Shown here in pieces: positions 11,502 through 23,500 of a stretch of DNA of 64,000 nt (position 1 is the stretch's first letter; every line of letters begins with the position of its first letter). Made by a program: the position numbers and the translations under genes. The DNA comes from Ionaspis alba (taxonomy: Eukaryota). The notes under the pieces are model-generated. The model had not been told where the DNA came from, made no database searches, and saw only the letters and a list, made by a program, of their open reading frames with translations. The stretch covers positions 1 through 64,000 of the forward strand of contig CAXUUL010000003.1 in NCBI GenBank assembly GCA_964255285.1, given 5' to 3'.

Positions 11502-12539
11502 GAGGCTCGATATCAGTCGTAGAGATGATATCAACCGTGCGCGAGAAAGTTCAACAACAAAACCAGCAACGAAAGAGGGATGAGCATATAAGAGAAACCA
11601 CAAGGCATTCAGAGGAGTGCCCCATTCGATTGCATGACTCGCCCCCGCCGAGGACGAAAACTTCCATGGCCACTTGCACAGCCCGTATGCCAAGGGTCGG
11701 TGGTGGAAGGGAGAGTGCAAGAGGGATTCCACCCCACATCCATATGATGAATGTAGGCATTTCTGGGCAATACTGTGATGACCTTTTGCGGTACGCGCCG
11801 GTAGTTTCTCAAGCAGATCGTTGGATGATTGGGGTTGGCACGTTGCCACCCAAGGTGACTGATCGGTGCTCGATGCAAGTGGAACCGCTGAGCTGCCCCG
11901 AGGCGAATCTGCACTGACGGGCGCTAATCTTCAGCCACTGAGATCAAATGGCGAACAGGCGGCCACCGTTGCTGAGACCGCACTACTCCACAACATACTG
12001 GGTATTTGTTCGGGCACCTTTCTCTCCACACAACAACAGCGAGTCGATACCGAGTGTCGCTCAATAGCGTCCTCTTGAGCGAAACACTACTGTTCCATAA
12101 AGCGCTTCCATCGCTGTTCCGGAACAACGCCGAGCACCGCCATTGTCTTTGTCTTGGCAAATAATCCGTCTTGTCTTGAATCCCTGGGCCGAGCATAGAT
12201 GACGTTGACCGGAGTTCCTTGCCAAGTGGTCTGGAGGATGTAGATCGAAGGAGAAGGTCGGGAGATCTGTCGCGTTGAGGAATTTGATTTCCAAAACCTC
12301 TTGGTTTCTCCCCTTCATCGCGCTGGGCAATTGTAGACCAAAAGTATACCAAGACAATACCAAGACTTCAGATCCAGGCTTCGATATGTAAAGGAGGTGC
12401 CTTGCGAAGCTGAGAGACTCGTCATCCCGTCCTTCTGCTACAAACTGCGGTAGCCGTCTACGACAATGGCATGAAATGGAATTCCAGAATCACAAGAAGG
12501 CGCAAAGTGCACAGCCGTATGCGCCACATTGTGGCGCAT
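11502..12539. promoter_or_regulatory. Cluster of calcineurin/Crz1-type response elements upstream of pmc1
   Basis: GAGGCT 11502, CACAGCC 11677 and 12510, CAGCCAC 11932, and the palindrome ATGCGCCACA-T-TGTGGCGCAT 12519-12539 carrying GTGGCGCA on both strands. PMC1 genes are established Crz1 targets. Confidence 0.6.
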
Positions 12540-13232
12540 GATAAGTCCTGAGGCACTTCAGCGCTTTCATCTGTTGACTTCTATGAATGTTGAACATTAC
12601 TCTGATCGAAAAGCAACGAAACCGCATGTCACCTAAATCTAAACATTTTTTGAAGCTCGACCTTAGGGTATCTTAGTCTGAGCCGTGGCATCATTGATGC
12701 CGAAGTTTGAGCAATGCCTATTAGAAAAGGTCTTACGTCTCTATCGAATCCAGCAGATCCAATGATAGTCTTGTTTGGACATGGTATTTGAGGATTGGAT
12801 GCCTTGTCGCCGTGTTTTAGACTAGCAGATGGTAACATTCAGACTTAGCATTGACAAACTGACAGATAATGGTTGTAGTCTCCTTGATTATGCACATCTC
12901 CCAGCATCATGGGTGCGTCCTTCCCTAAAGTACAGATACGTCTATTCCCTTAACCCAATTTTTCTCACCTCCTCTTAAAAGTAAATATCATTGTCTAAGC
13001 CTTTCTCCATCGCGACTCAACGGTGCTCTTCGTGATATGACAACCCAGCAGCACTTTCGTAGAAAGCTATGCCCCGCAAACCCAACCATCCCTTAGCCAT
13101 CAACGAGTTGTTACCCTTGATGTAGGGCATCTGGTTGCCAGACTATTCGAGCCGACCCTGGGAGTCATCCTATAGCACTGGGACGGAACTAATATTACGA
13201 GTAGTCAATATCAATAACCTGTTCCCGGACAG

Positions 13233-13736
13233 CTACGATCTCCTCGTGCCTTGTCTGCGTCTACTCGGGGACGAGAGAGGCGAAAATCCAAATCCGAGCA
13301 AAAATGCAACGCGGGTTGATGCTCCAGCATACACAAAGCCGATATTGCCCCAGTCGATGGCGTTCCATTCCATGATGTTCCAATAGATTTGCAGTCCCAG
13401 AGGCTTTACACTGTACAAATGTCCGACGTCGGCGATGAGTAGACATAAAAGCATGGTCCTCCACACTCGTAGATCCGATGTTGCTCGTAGAACAAGAGCT
13501 TCGTTGAGAGCAAATAGAAGATAAAGATTGGAAAGCTGGCCGAGCACGATAGACGTACTGACAGGAATGCCGGTGATTGGAGCAGAGAGCGAGTGGGTTT
13601 GATCGAGGTAAGTTTGTTGCTGAAAGAATGCGTAGTAAGCTCCAACAATGGTAGAGATCGGTTCGATGTATAAGAAGAACGCTTTGTATATACGAGGGAT
13701 GGCGGCATGAGAAACCTTCAAAGACGATGTAGCCAT
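13233..13736 (-). CDS. Small (167 aa) multi-pass membrane protein, conserved fungal hypothetical
   Basis: Intronless ORF from ATG 13736 with about four hydrophobic segments (FFLYIEPISTIVGAY, LSNLYLLFALNEALVLR, LLCLLIADVGHL, WGNIGFVYAGA). Confidence 0.75.
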   Translation of the reverse strand: MATSSLKVSHAAIPRIYKAFFLYIEPISTIVGAYYAFFQQQTYLDQTHSLSAPITGIPVSTSIVLGQLSNLYLLFALNEALVLRATSDLRVWRTMLLCLLIADVGHLYSVKPLGLQIYWNIMEWNAIDWGNIGFVYAGASTRVAFLLGFGFSPLSSPSRRRQGTRRS

Positions 13737-14363
13737 GCTTGTTATTCGGAGCTTTCTCGTCTCTAGAGCTGGCGAAACGTAAAGTACATTATCGAGGATC
13801 TCGCGGTGGTCAGGTTGTAGGCAGTAATCAAGCACGCCAACCAGGGGGATATTCGAGATTTCCGTGGTAACGAATACCATCGGGTGGAGGCGGCGCTGTG
13901 GGGCAAGAAAACAACCGCGAGGCGCAGATCTCACCGAACCCCTGCCCCTACATTAAGTCCAATCGCCAAAACCACAAACCCAACAGCAATATCCATGTGA
14001 AAACAGATTTCCCGGTTTACAGTATTTATCCAACGCCTCTGTTTACAGCTTCCGTCTCAGTGCTTTTTGCTGGCAAAATCAGAGGCGAACTCGAAACCAT
14101 GCTGATCGAAGGTCAATTTGTACACATGCTTGTGAAATAGCACACACATTCATCGCACCCGCGTTTCCTCACCAACGGATCCATTTCTTTTCGACAGGGG
14201 TACTCACAGCTGCTCCGTGGGCTGAATCTGTCCTTATTGCTGTCAAAGTTACAATTTATCTATAAGGTCCCTAATAAAGGCCAGAGCGACGGTTTCTGGC
14301 CATACAGGCTTTGGTGAACGACACGACCATTCTCGTACACTTCTTCACCCCTCACAAAATACA

Positions 14364-16564
14364 ATGGACCGACCGCGAACTTCACGCTTCTTCGCCGATT
14401 CGTTCTGGCCTCATAGAGCCTATCAACCCGAATCAGCTGCGATTTCTATTCGATCTGTGGATACTTCTTCTCGATCTGCTCGCTTGGATGACGGGTGTTC
14501 ATTGATTCCAATGCCGCAAGATACTCTGAGCGGAAGCGACAGGTCGATGCGGCATAATACTTTCGGCCTTCCAGAAGATACTTTATTCGATAGAAGACGA
14601 CATACTGAAAAAGAGGGTTCAGGGTATCCAGGCTCGTTTAGCGGTCTGCGATCACTTCGCAGGCGGGCTTCTTCTGTTCGGCAAAAGAGCTTTCTAAAAT
14701 CGATATTTCAAAAGCCGACGGAGGAAGTCCTCGTTCAGCAGGAGGTAGAATCTTCCAATACAGAGAGGCATGGTGTCTTGAGTCGGCTGCGACGCGCCGC
14801 AAGCATGAGTCAAGGACGCAATCGTCGGCCTTCTACCTCCACTTCATCTGCGCTCCACAGTCGTGAACCTCGTGCTTTTAACCCGGTATTGGAGGTTCCT
14901 CAGGTCGATATAGATGTGCCCAAGAATTCTCACATTCCGACTGGAGGGGCAGCAGCTCGAGCAGCGGCAGCGGCTCAGAATGAAATGTACGGCTCTACCC
15001 GCTCTCTAGCCCTCCACGATAGCCTGAGGATATGGGAACCTAAGATAACCAACGACTGTGAGAGTGGTATTGGTATCGATCTTCGAGATCGCTCCGACGA
15101 GTTGGTCAACCTTGAGCTTCCCCTTGCTCGTATGGGTAGGAACCATCGCTCGCACCAACCAATGGAGATATCGAGATACTAATATCTGTCCTTAGATCCC
15201 AGCCGCGTCCTTCCAGAAGAACTGCTCGCTCATGTGATGTCTTTTCTGGACGCTACCTCCCTGATGAGGTCGGAGTTGGTATCTCGCCGCTGGTACGGCA
15301 CTGCAAGTTCTGATCATGCCTGGAAACACGTATTCCACAAAGAGCATGGCTTGCCGTGCCTTTCCCTCCACGACGAATCATTGACTTCGGTTATCGGTGA
15401 CTCTGGTCTTGGGAAGAGGAGACCAGACCAAAATTGGAAACGTATGTGGAAAGTTCGCAGGACGCTCAATCGTCGATGGCTTAAAGGTCATGCGGCGGCG
15501 ATATATCTGGAGGGGCACAAGGACAGCGTCTACTGTGTTCAGTTTGATGAGTATGACAACCTTCAACATGATCGCTAGTTCAACGCTAAGAGATTTCCAG
15601 ACACAAAATTCTTACTGGATCTCGAGATAGGACCGTCCGGGTGTGGGATACCCACACGTACGAGTGTCTGAAAGTCTTGGGGGTTCCCAAAATCAACAGC
15701 CAACCCCAACCCCAAGAGCCTCTGACCGACCTGGCGTATCACGGGTCGAAGCCTTCGGCGTGCGTAATTCCTCCAAGGCCCGCGATAGAACCTCAGCCTT
15801 CACCAACGCCACCGTTTCATCATGATGGATCGATTCTGTGCCTTCAGTTTGACCAGAATATTATGGTCACCGGATCATCCGATCACACCTGCATTGTCTG
15901 GTCTATCCAGGACGAGTATAGACCGATTCAACAGCTTCGACACCATACAGCCGGCGTGCTTGATGTCTGTTTCGACGACAAACATATCGTGTCGTGCTCA
16001 AAGGACACCTCGATCTGCCTATGGGATCGCCAGACTGGGGAATTTTTAAGGGTCCTGACCGGTCATCGTGGGCCGGTCAATGCTGTTCAGCTTCGCGCCA
16101 ATCTGATCGTGTCCGCTAGTGGCGACGGGATTGCAAAGCTCTGGAATCTTGCTTCTGGTCTTTGTATCAAGGAGTTCCCAAGTAGAGACCGAGGCATGGC
16201 CTGCGTCGAATTCAGCCCCGATTCCCGAACTATTCTGGCTGGCGGGAATGACCAAGTGATTTACCAATTCGATGCCAATAGCGGGGAATTAATTCGCGAG
16301 CTGAAGGGCCACAGGGGACTGGTTCGCTCTCTGCATCTTGATAGTGCCAATGGCAGGGTCATCAGCGGTAGCTATGATACCAGTGTCAAGGCTTACGACG
16401 TCAATACCGGGGACATGATCTGCGACTTTGCGGGCTGGACTACTAGCTGGATGCTCAGTGCGAAGGCCGATTATCGACGCATCGTGGCTACAAGTCAGGA
16501 TAGTCGGGCGATCATCATTGATTTTGGGTATCAACTGCCGGGAATTGAGCTGTTGGAAGCTTGA
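14364..16564 (+). CDS. F-box/WD40 SCF substrate receptor (beta-TrCP/FWD-1/Pof11-like); introns 15136-15195 and 15551-15600
   Basis: Splicing restores the F-box DPSRVLPEELLAHVMSFLD and WD repeats GHKDSVYCVQFDEHKILTGSRD, HDGSILCLQFD, GHRGPVNAVQ and GHRGLVRSLHLD. Confidence 0.88.
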
Positions 16565-17251
16565 GGGGACGGATGGGAATGAGGGAGCGAAGGAGATGCT
16601 CGAGACATTTAAAGATTTTCTCTATGTTCGTGGCATGATTTGTCGGATTATCTAGAATCTTTATACTCATATCGTCGTTTTCTACCAAATTCTCTTGACG
16701 CCTGTTATGAGTCTGGGTTGGCCATTCCAAGTTGATCATCGATCGTACCATTGCTATGAGGGCTCATACCTTAGATCTTTCAGTAACACTATTCTGCATA
16801 GTGAACAATCGTGCTGAGTTTGAACAGTTCGATAAGCTTCCGAGAAATCTAAGAGGCACGCAATGGCGAGTTGTGACGATTAGGAAAGTTGCCTTGGAAA
16901 CTCAGACCCTCCGCCGAGGCCTACGACCTTGTCAGATGGTCTGAACCCACCAGTCGCGAATTTACTCAAATCGGACTTATGCGTTTACGATTCCTTCTAA
17001 TTCATGCCCTAACTGGTCCATGAGTCTCGTGATTTGAGCCAAACGCGTAATGATTAGTCCGTGGACGGAACACTAGTGGCCGGAGTGTCGCCCGCAATTA
17101 TCAATATTATTGAGCCGACTAGAAGCTCTCTGCTGCTGTAAAGTCCGTCTCAGTGTACTGGACTAGATTCACTCCTCGCATCTATCATCACTCTTGGGTC
17201 AACTCAATACTGTACAGTGTCTGAGCTATAGTTTTTGGGCTCGTTCCCATT

Positions 17252-18378
17252 ATGGGTGAATCAAGGCATGTCCAATCTTGTCCTAAAAGTGACAGAAGTG
17301 GGCTGCTTCATTCTGGCTGACTCGTGCTATGATGGATAGACAAGAGCTTCTGGCATGGATGAACAATCTCCTGCAGCTGAACATAACAAAGGTCGAGCAG
17401 TGTGGGACAGGGTATACCAACTTCTCATTACCCCAAGACCTCTCTGAAAAGCGCACGAAGGAGTTGGCCCAAGATGAGAGAATTAAGCTGATGCGGAATT
17501 TGGAACCTAGGGCAGCACTATGTCAGATCTACGACAGCATCTTCCGTACACCACTCATCCATCCTATGCAACGCGGCCACGTTTACTAATACTCACCAGA
17601 GGACCTGCCCATGGCCAGAGTCAAGTTCAACGTCAACACCGAATACGCCTATCTGCAAAACTTTAAAATTTTACAAAGCGCGTCCCACTCTTTTCCCACC
17701 TGTCGTACTTCTTACTAACATAGAGATTTGCGCCCACAGCGACCTTTACCCGCCACCAGATTGAACGATCCGTCCCCGTGGAAGCCCTTATCAAATGCAA
17801 AATGCAAGACAATCTCGAATTCCTGCAATGGACCAAGCGCTTCTGGGACCAATACTACCCTGGAGGTGACTACGATGCCCTCGCGCGTCGGAAAGCATCC
17901 GGTGGTGCCCCTGCGCCAATCACCACCCCAGCCAGTGGTCCCCGAACATCTGGCGCCGGAGCTGCTCGACGGGGTGTTGGCCCAACACCTGCCGCGAGGT
18001 CAGCAGTAAGGACAACCGGAGCGGGGCCTGGAGCTTCGGCGCTGGCGCAGGAGAACGGGCAGTTGAAAGAAACCGTTGCGGGACTGGAAAGGGAAAGGGA
18101 TTTTTACTTTTCTAAGTTGCGAGATATTGAATTGCTGATCCAGCAGGCTATCGAGGTTGATCCTGAGATCGAGAAAGATGATGATGGCTTGATCAAGCAG
18201 ATTCAAGGCATTTTGTATTCGACCGAGGTATGACAACCGCATGTCTGTGCCGGGCGTTGTGGTGCGAGGACGAGCAGAGAAGGATGCGAAAGATGATGCT
18301 GACTAGTCTGTTCAGGAGGGATTCGAGATACCGGCGGAAGTGGAGGGAGCGGCGCAAGATGAGCTGGAGACTTTTTAG
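17252..18378 (+). CDS. bim1: EB1-family microtubule plus-end protein; exons 17252-17265, 17340-17411, 17511-17545, 17600-17677, 17740-18227, 18316-18378
   Basis: MGESRQELLAWMN CH domain, KCKMQDNLEFLQW, EB1 motif LERERDFYFSKLRDIE, and acidic ETF C-terminus. Two introns have GC donors. Confidence 0.93.
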
Positions 18379-19172
18379 AGTACGAGTGAGTGGCTGCTGT
18401 CGTGGTTCAAGGGGGGATGATTAGAGACGACATTGATCTTCAACGCATGGGACGGGTTCGATAAAGCGTGTGGTGGAAAAGCTGTTCTAGCAATAGAGGA
18501 TAGAGCTAGGCATAGCTCCTCTTGAAGCCTCATAACAAAGGAAGGATTTGAGTGCTGCTGCTTTGTAGTAGAGCAAAAGCCAAATACAAATTGCCTGTGA
18601 TAGGCCATGGTGCTACGATATGTGGTTGTCGTATCTACCTTTGTCGTGGGGTGCTAGACCAACGCCGTCTGTAATATTCGAGGATCTGTGTTGTGTGATG
18701 CCAGCCCGTAGTTCTCAAGCCTTGACTGTATGGGCCTCCGTTCGATCATAGTAAGCTGGAGGCACCAAAACCTTTTCTATGCTCCCATTTCCCTATCCAG
18801 GGGAGGATCGAAAAGCACGGCACAATCGAATTGGATGTGCAGATACTAGGCGTGTTGTCGGGGAAGGACCCACCTAAGCTTGTTCCGGTCTGGGTGGGTG
18901 CTGCCCCTAACGCTCGTACGATTTAGGGGTCCTCTCTAGCGCCTCACCTAGGCTGCCTACAGATCAGACGTCACAGGAGCCGCTACCGAGCTTGGCGTGT
19001 GATGTTGGACATCGGCTCTGAACAACAACTCCTCCCTCGTCCTCACTGCCAGCAACAAAGAAGCGATCAGTTCGAATCGCGCCTTTTGTACAAGAAATCC
19101 CGCCCTGTGGCTTCTTCAGGCTTGTATTACCTACGCAACGCGATTGTTCACTTATATTGCGCACGATCAACA

Positions 19173-20291
19173 ATGCCCTCCCAAGTCGAAATCGCAATCC
19201 CAAGCACCCAACTCTCCACTGGCCCTGGGAAACCCTACACCCAATACAATGTTACCCTCCGCCTACCACTCCGAACCTTTACCCTCCAAAAGCGTTACTC
19301 AGACTTTACGGCTCTACACAGTGCACTCACCACTGCCATCGGGTCCCCTCCGCCCGCCTCCCTTCCACCAAAGACCTATCTCACGTCCACAACGCACAAC
19401 TCCGCTCTGGCTGAATCGCGGCGGCAGGCACTAGAATCCTACCTGCGAAACATAAATACCCACTCGGACTCCAGGTGGCGCTCCACCTCTGCGTGGCGTG
19501 CATTTCTCAGCTTACCTCCCACACTCTCCTCGCATTCGAGTACAGCCTCGAATCTGCACGCAGCGGTGACCTCTGGCTCCCGAGGCGCTATCACAGACCC
19601 TACTGCCTGGCTTGACACCCACCGTGAACTGCGCACCATACTGCACGAAGCACGGTTGCAAATCACCAAACGCGACCAGGCGATGTCGACCCAAGCACAG
19701 CACGAGGCCGGGGCCGTAGCCAAGAAAGCACTTGTACGTGCAGGCACGCTGATAACGGGGTTGACGGATGGTGTGAGAGGCAATAGCGAGTGGGGCACCG
19801 AAAAGTTGGGAGAGGGCGAGGTGAGGCGGCGCCGGGATTTGGTGGCGGCGGCTAAGAAGGAAAAGGAAGGGTTGGAGAATCTGCTTGGGGCTATGGTCGC
19901 AAAGGAGAGGCTGGACGCGACAGTGGCGGACAAGACCGCCCTCCTCTCTGCCAATTCCAAATCCACGGGACCCAAAGCTAACGGCAATTCGGTGGGCACA
20001 GCCAGCACGCACCGAGGTGTGAGCAGCGGGAGGGTGCTTGGCAAGGAGACGGGAAGGACCAGGGAATTGGACAATGCTCAGGTACTGCAGTTGCAGAGGC
20101 AGATGATGGAGGAGCAGGATGCGGACGTGAGGGTGTTAGCGGAGGCCGTGAGGAGACAAAGGGAGCTTGGAGAAATGATTCAAGGGGAATTGGTCGTACA
20201 GAATGAGATGTTGGGAATGCTGGATGAGGATGTCACGAGGGTGGCCGGAAAGGTTGATGTGGCAAGGAAGAGGGTGGATAAGATTAGATAA
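19173..20291 (+). CDS. vam7: Vacuolar Qc-SNARE with N-terminal PX domain
   Basis: PX domain (YTQYNVTL, KRYSDFTALH, LPPK, RRQALESYL) and C-terminal SNARE motif (EQDADVRVL...QNEMLGMLDEDV); no transmembrane anchor. Confidence 0.88.
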   Translation: MPSQVEIAIPSTQLSTGPGKPYTQYNVTLRLPLRTFTLQKRYSDFTALHSALTTAIGSPPPASLPPKTYLTSTTHNSALAESRRQALESYLRNINTHSDSRWRSTSAWRAFLSLPPTLSSHSSTASNLHAAVTSGSRGAITDPTAWLDTHRELRTILHEARLQITKRDQAMSTQAQHEAGAVAKKALVRAGTLITGLTDGVRGNSEWGTEKLGEGEVRRRRDLVAAAKKEKEGLENLLGAMVAKERLDATVADKTALLSANSKSTGPKANGNSVGTASTHRGVSSGRVLGKETGRTRELDNAQVLQLQRQMMEEQDADVRVLAEAVRRQRELGEMIQGELVVQNEMLGMLDEDVTRVAGKVDVARKRVDKIR

Positions 20292-20527
20292 CGATGAATG
20301 ATGGAGTTATGACAGTGGAGGCTGCAAACGACAATTTTATACCCAATGGTGTTGGTAGGTGTATTAGCATGCAGTGCCTGTTTTTTTCTGTGGAATATAA
20401 TGGGGTTCGTGGATCGTTGAAATGGAACTCATTGTTACCGTTCACGTATGATCAAAGTGGTAATATTCGATCTGTATGCTATCAACTTAAAGTGGGTATA
20501 TTGGTTTCTATGAAGTGCACTTAATCC

Positions 20528-23500
20528 TCAAATCCCAGAGAGATTGCTCCCTGCTTTCTCTCCAGCCTCTTTGCAGCTCGAGCAGTAGTCCCAAAATCGG
20601 TTTCTAATCGGCCGAGTATCGTTCCGCTCATCAAGCATTTTGCCCATACGATTACATTTCTCCGTTTCGCCTAGGATCCAATTCTCCCATTCTGCGTGCA
20701 TGATATTTCTCTCGATACTATTCACAATCCTCATGGCAACGAGGAGGTCATGTCGATACCCACCTAGATGTTGTCGTGTCCGCCGTAGCCGTTGCGCAGC
20801 TGGCGTGGGGATCAAGGATCCTTCTGGCGAGAACAGTGCATGAAAAGTTTGGAGGCTGGAAGCTGTCAGCTTTTGATGTGTTATTTCAAGAGCTGTCCTA
20901 CCAGGTGTTCTCGTGGTCACCGCGGAAGCTGTTGTTGACTGAAGTTACAAAGTCTAAATCTTGCACGGTTACAGCCTTACTCATCACCATATCAGGCCCG
21001 ACGCCTAACCTAGCCATGAATTGCCCTGCTTTTCTCTCTTTCCAGTATTCAGTGGTTTGCTGGGACGAATAGAAAAGATTGGTGGCAATGCTGGAGAGAA
21101 GGATTGCGAGAATGATGCTGTTTGCACTCCCGGTCTTCCAAACCCATCGCAAGACTGCGAGGGCCCACATCATGAGTGACGTGACGATGTCTTCTATCAG
21201 GGAGGCGACTGACTCAAGGAGGAGGCGAGTGAGCGTCCTTCTACCCATTGATCGTCGAGCCTGGGAACCTGTTCTCGTCTTGTTGACTCCGAATTCAGTC
21301 ACCTGCTTTTGGGCGCCAATGGCTCCGAAAATTTGGATGGCTTTCTTGGTACGGCTTTGTGCACCGAGTTTCCTGACTTGTTCGGTGATGACATCTGCCA
21401 GGTCCAGAGCATCGAGTTGTAAGTCCGAGAGAGCCCTCCTCTCAATCACGGATCTCCCGAGTGGGGCCATTTGGAACCAATCGACGTTCGTGTAAATAGC
21501 CAGCTTACACTTCGATTTCGCAATGTGGGTAATCACAATTTTGCTCACGAGAGTATAATTTCGATAACAGGGCAGGTGCCAAGGCGTCTTTCTATCAGTG
21601 ACGACATAGCAAAGGTGGTCGTTCAGGACGTCGATCATCTGGGTATCAAGAACAGTAGCAGTACGGATTTGGCGAAACAGGTTCAAGTATTCAATGTTGT
21701 ATTCAAATGCTCTTCGCATATGGTTCTTCTCCTGCTGCAGCCAAGGACCTTGCTTGATGCTATGAGCTCGACGCTCATGGTAGAGTAGCTGCCATACAGC
21801 GCTTCGATCTCCAAACATGACGTGGAATAGGGCTTTGGGACTGATATCGAACATTTTCTCGACGGCGACTGTCGAAACGCCTCGTGGGACGTAAACCACT
21901 GGTTTGCTGGGGAGTTTGAATCTGGCCACTTCTTTGCTTCGGTCATACCTGTGTCCTTGTCCGAACAGACCTTGATCAATCAGAACGCTTGCTCGAAGGT
22001 CTCTCGCTCCTTTTTGCGAGTTGTTCCGTTGCACAACTTCCGTTGGCGTACCAGGACCGTCCTCCCAGCTTTCAAGGCTGGGACTCCTAGGGTCGTCGTC
22101 GTGCTCAAGCTTTATCAGTGTCTTCATAACACTCTCAAGGTTGCCAGGCTCGTCAGAATTGTAACTCTGGACTAAAAAGTTCAACCTTCGCTGAAGCAGT
22201 TTCAATGGCTCGAGGAACGTTTTTATTGTAATCCGCGTAAAGTCAACCTTGCCATCATTTTGTTTGAGATGAAGAAATAAGAAGTCGCAATCTCGACCCG
22301 GCGCCGCCGTTACTTCTGAGACGCTGCTCAAGGAGAGTCCAGTAATCAGGACGAGACCAAGATGGTGACTGTAAAAGTAAATGTCCTTCACTGTCACGTA
22401 TACTCTTCCAGGAAATTCCTGCTGATCGTTTGGATTCCATGTTGCTCGAAAGACGAGCACGACCTTCTCTTCCCTTTTCACATTGGGAAAGAGTAGACGA
22501 AATTGGGCATCTTGAGTCTTCAGCTGCAGAGGATAATAGTTGGGCCATTCCTGAGTTGTCGTGACGATGGCTCGTTGGAGCTCTGCGGAGTCACCGTCCA
22601 GGCTGACTGTTCTACGATGATTCGGAGAGGAATCACGAAGCGTATTGACGACCTTCTCTTTCTCAAACATGGAGGTCTTCCTTAGCTGTTCGCCACCAAG
22701 AGCGCTCTTCGGAGGTGCTGATGCATGAGCCACAGGACTTGATGGATATGACGGATGAGTTGAGTCTTTCAATGGTTTCACCTCACCACGCTCAAGCCGA
22801 TTGATGTATCCCCAATTTGAACTGCCCCACAGATTTGCCATTATACCACTTGGCATACCACCTGTGTTGTCTGCCTGTCCAATGCCAATCCCTCTTTCTC
22901 CATCGACGACAACAGCTGCAGTGCTTAGGTTCGTTGGTGTAGGTGGATTGGCTAGAGTGGAAGGTGCTAGTGTACTTGGTGGAAGGTTACGGAGGCTACC
23001 GCTGCTGAAGTTTCTTACTCCTTGGGTCTCCAATTGTGACGACGGTGCCAGAACACCCGGGCCAACGGGTAATGCAGTGTGGCTGGCTGAGATAAGACTG
23101 GCAATGCCTCCAGTACCTGTGGAAGTGTTGGTAGGTGTGGCAATCACTGGCGAATTTGTTGTCACTTGCGACCCCAAAGGTGTCTTGCGATGCAAATCTA
23201 GCTTCTGGATGATTCTTGCGGCTTGCTCTCGACCACTTTCACCCTCTCTCTCAAGTGCTGTTGATCGACGGTGGGTCGTAGGGTCGAAAGACCATTTCTG
23301 ACCCGAACTACTTGCGTCACTTCCAGGTACCGGAAGTGTTGCAGCACGATCATAGCCAATAGTTGCATATTCGTCCGTGGCTTGTTGCATGCCAGCATCG
23401 CCGGCGCTTGCAGCAAACTCCGGGGCACTAGGTGAAGATACAGCGAAAGCTGGATCCATGGTTTGAGAGCCTTCAGCCAGTCGCGTATCGCTACCAGAAG

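Noticed and set aside
18999..19172. N-terminal extension of Vam7 in the ORF track (similar extensions on kri1 and the 13.2-13.9 kb gene)
   Set aside because: The extensions start at non-ATG codons or in promoter-like sequence, and the conserved domain begins right after the downstream ATG.
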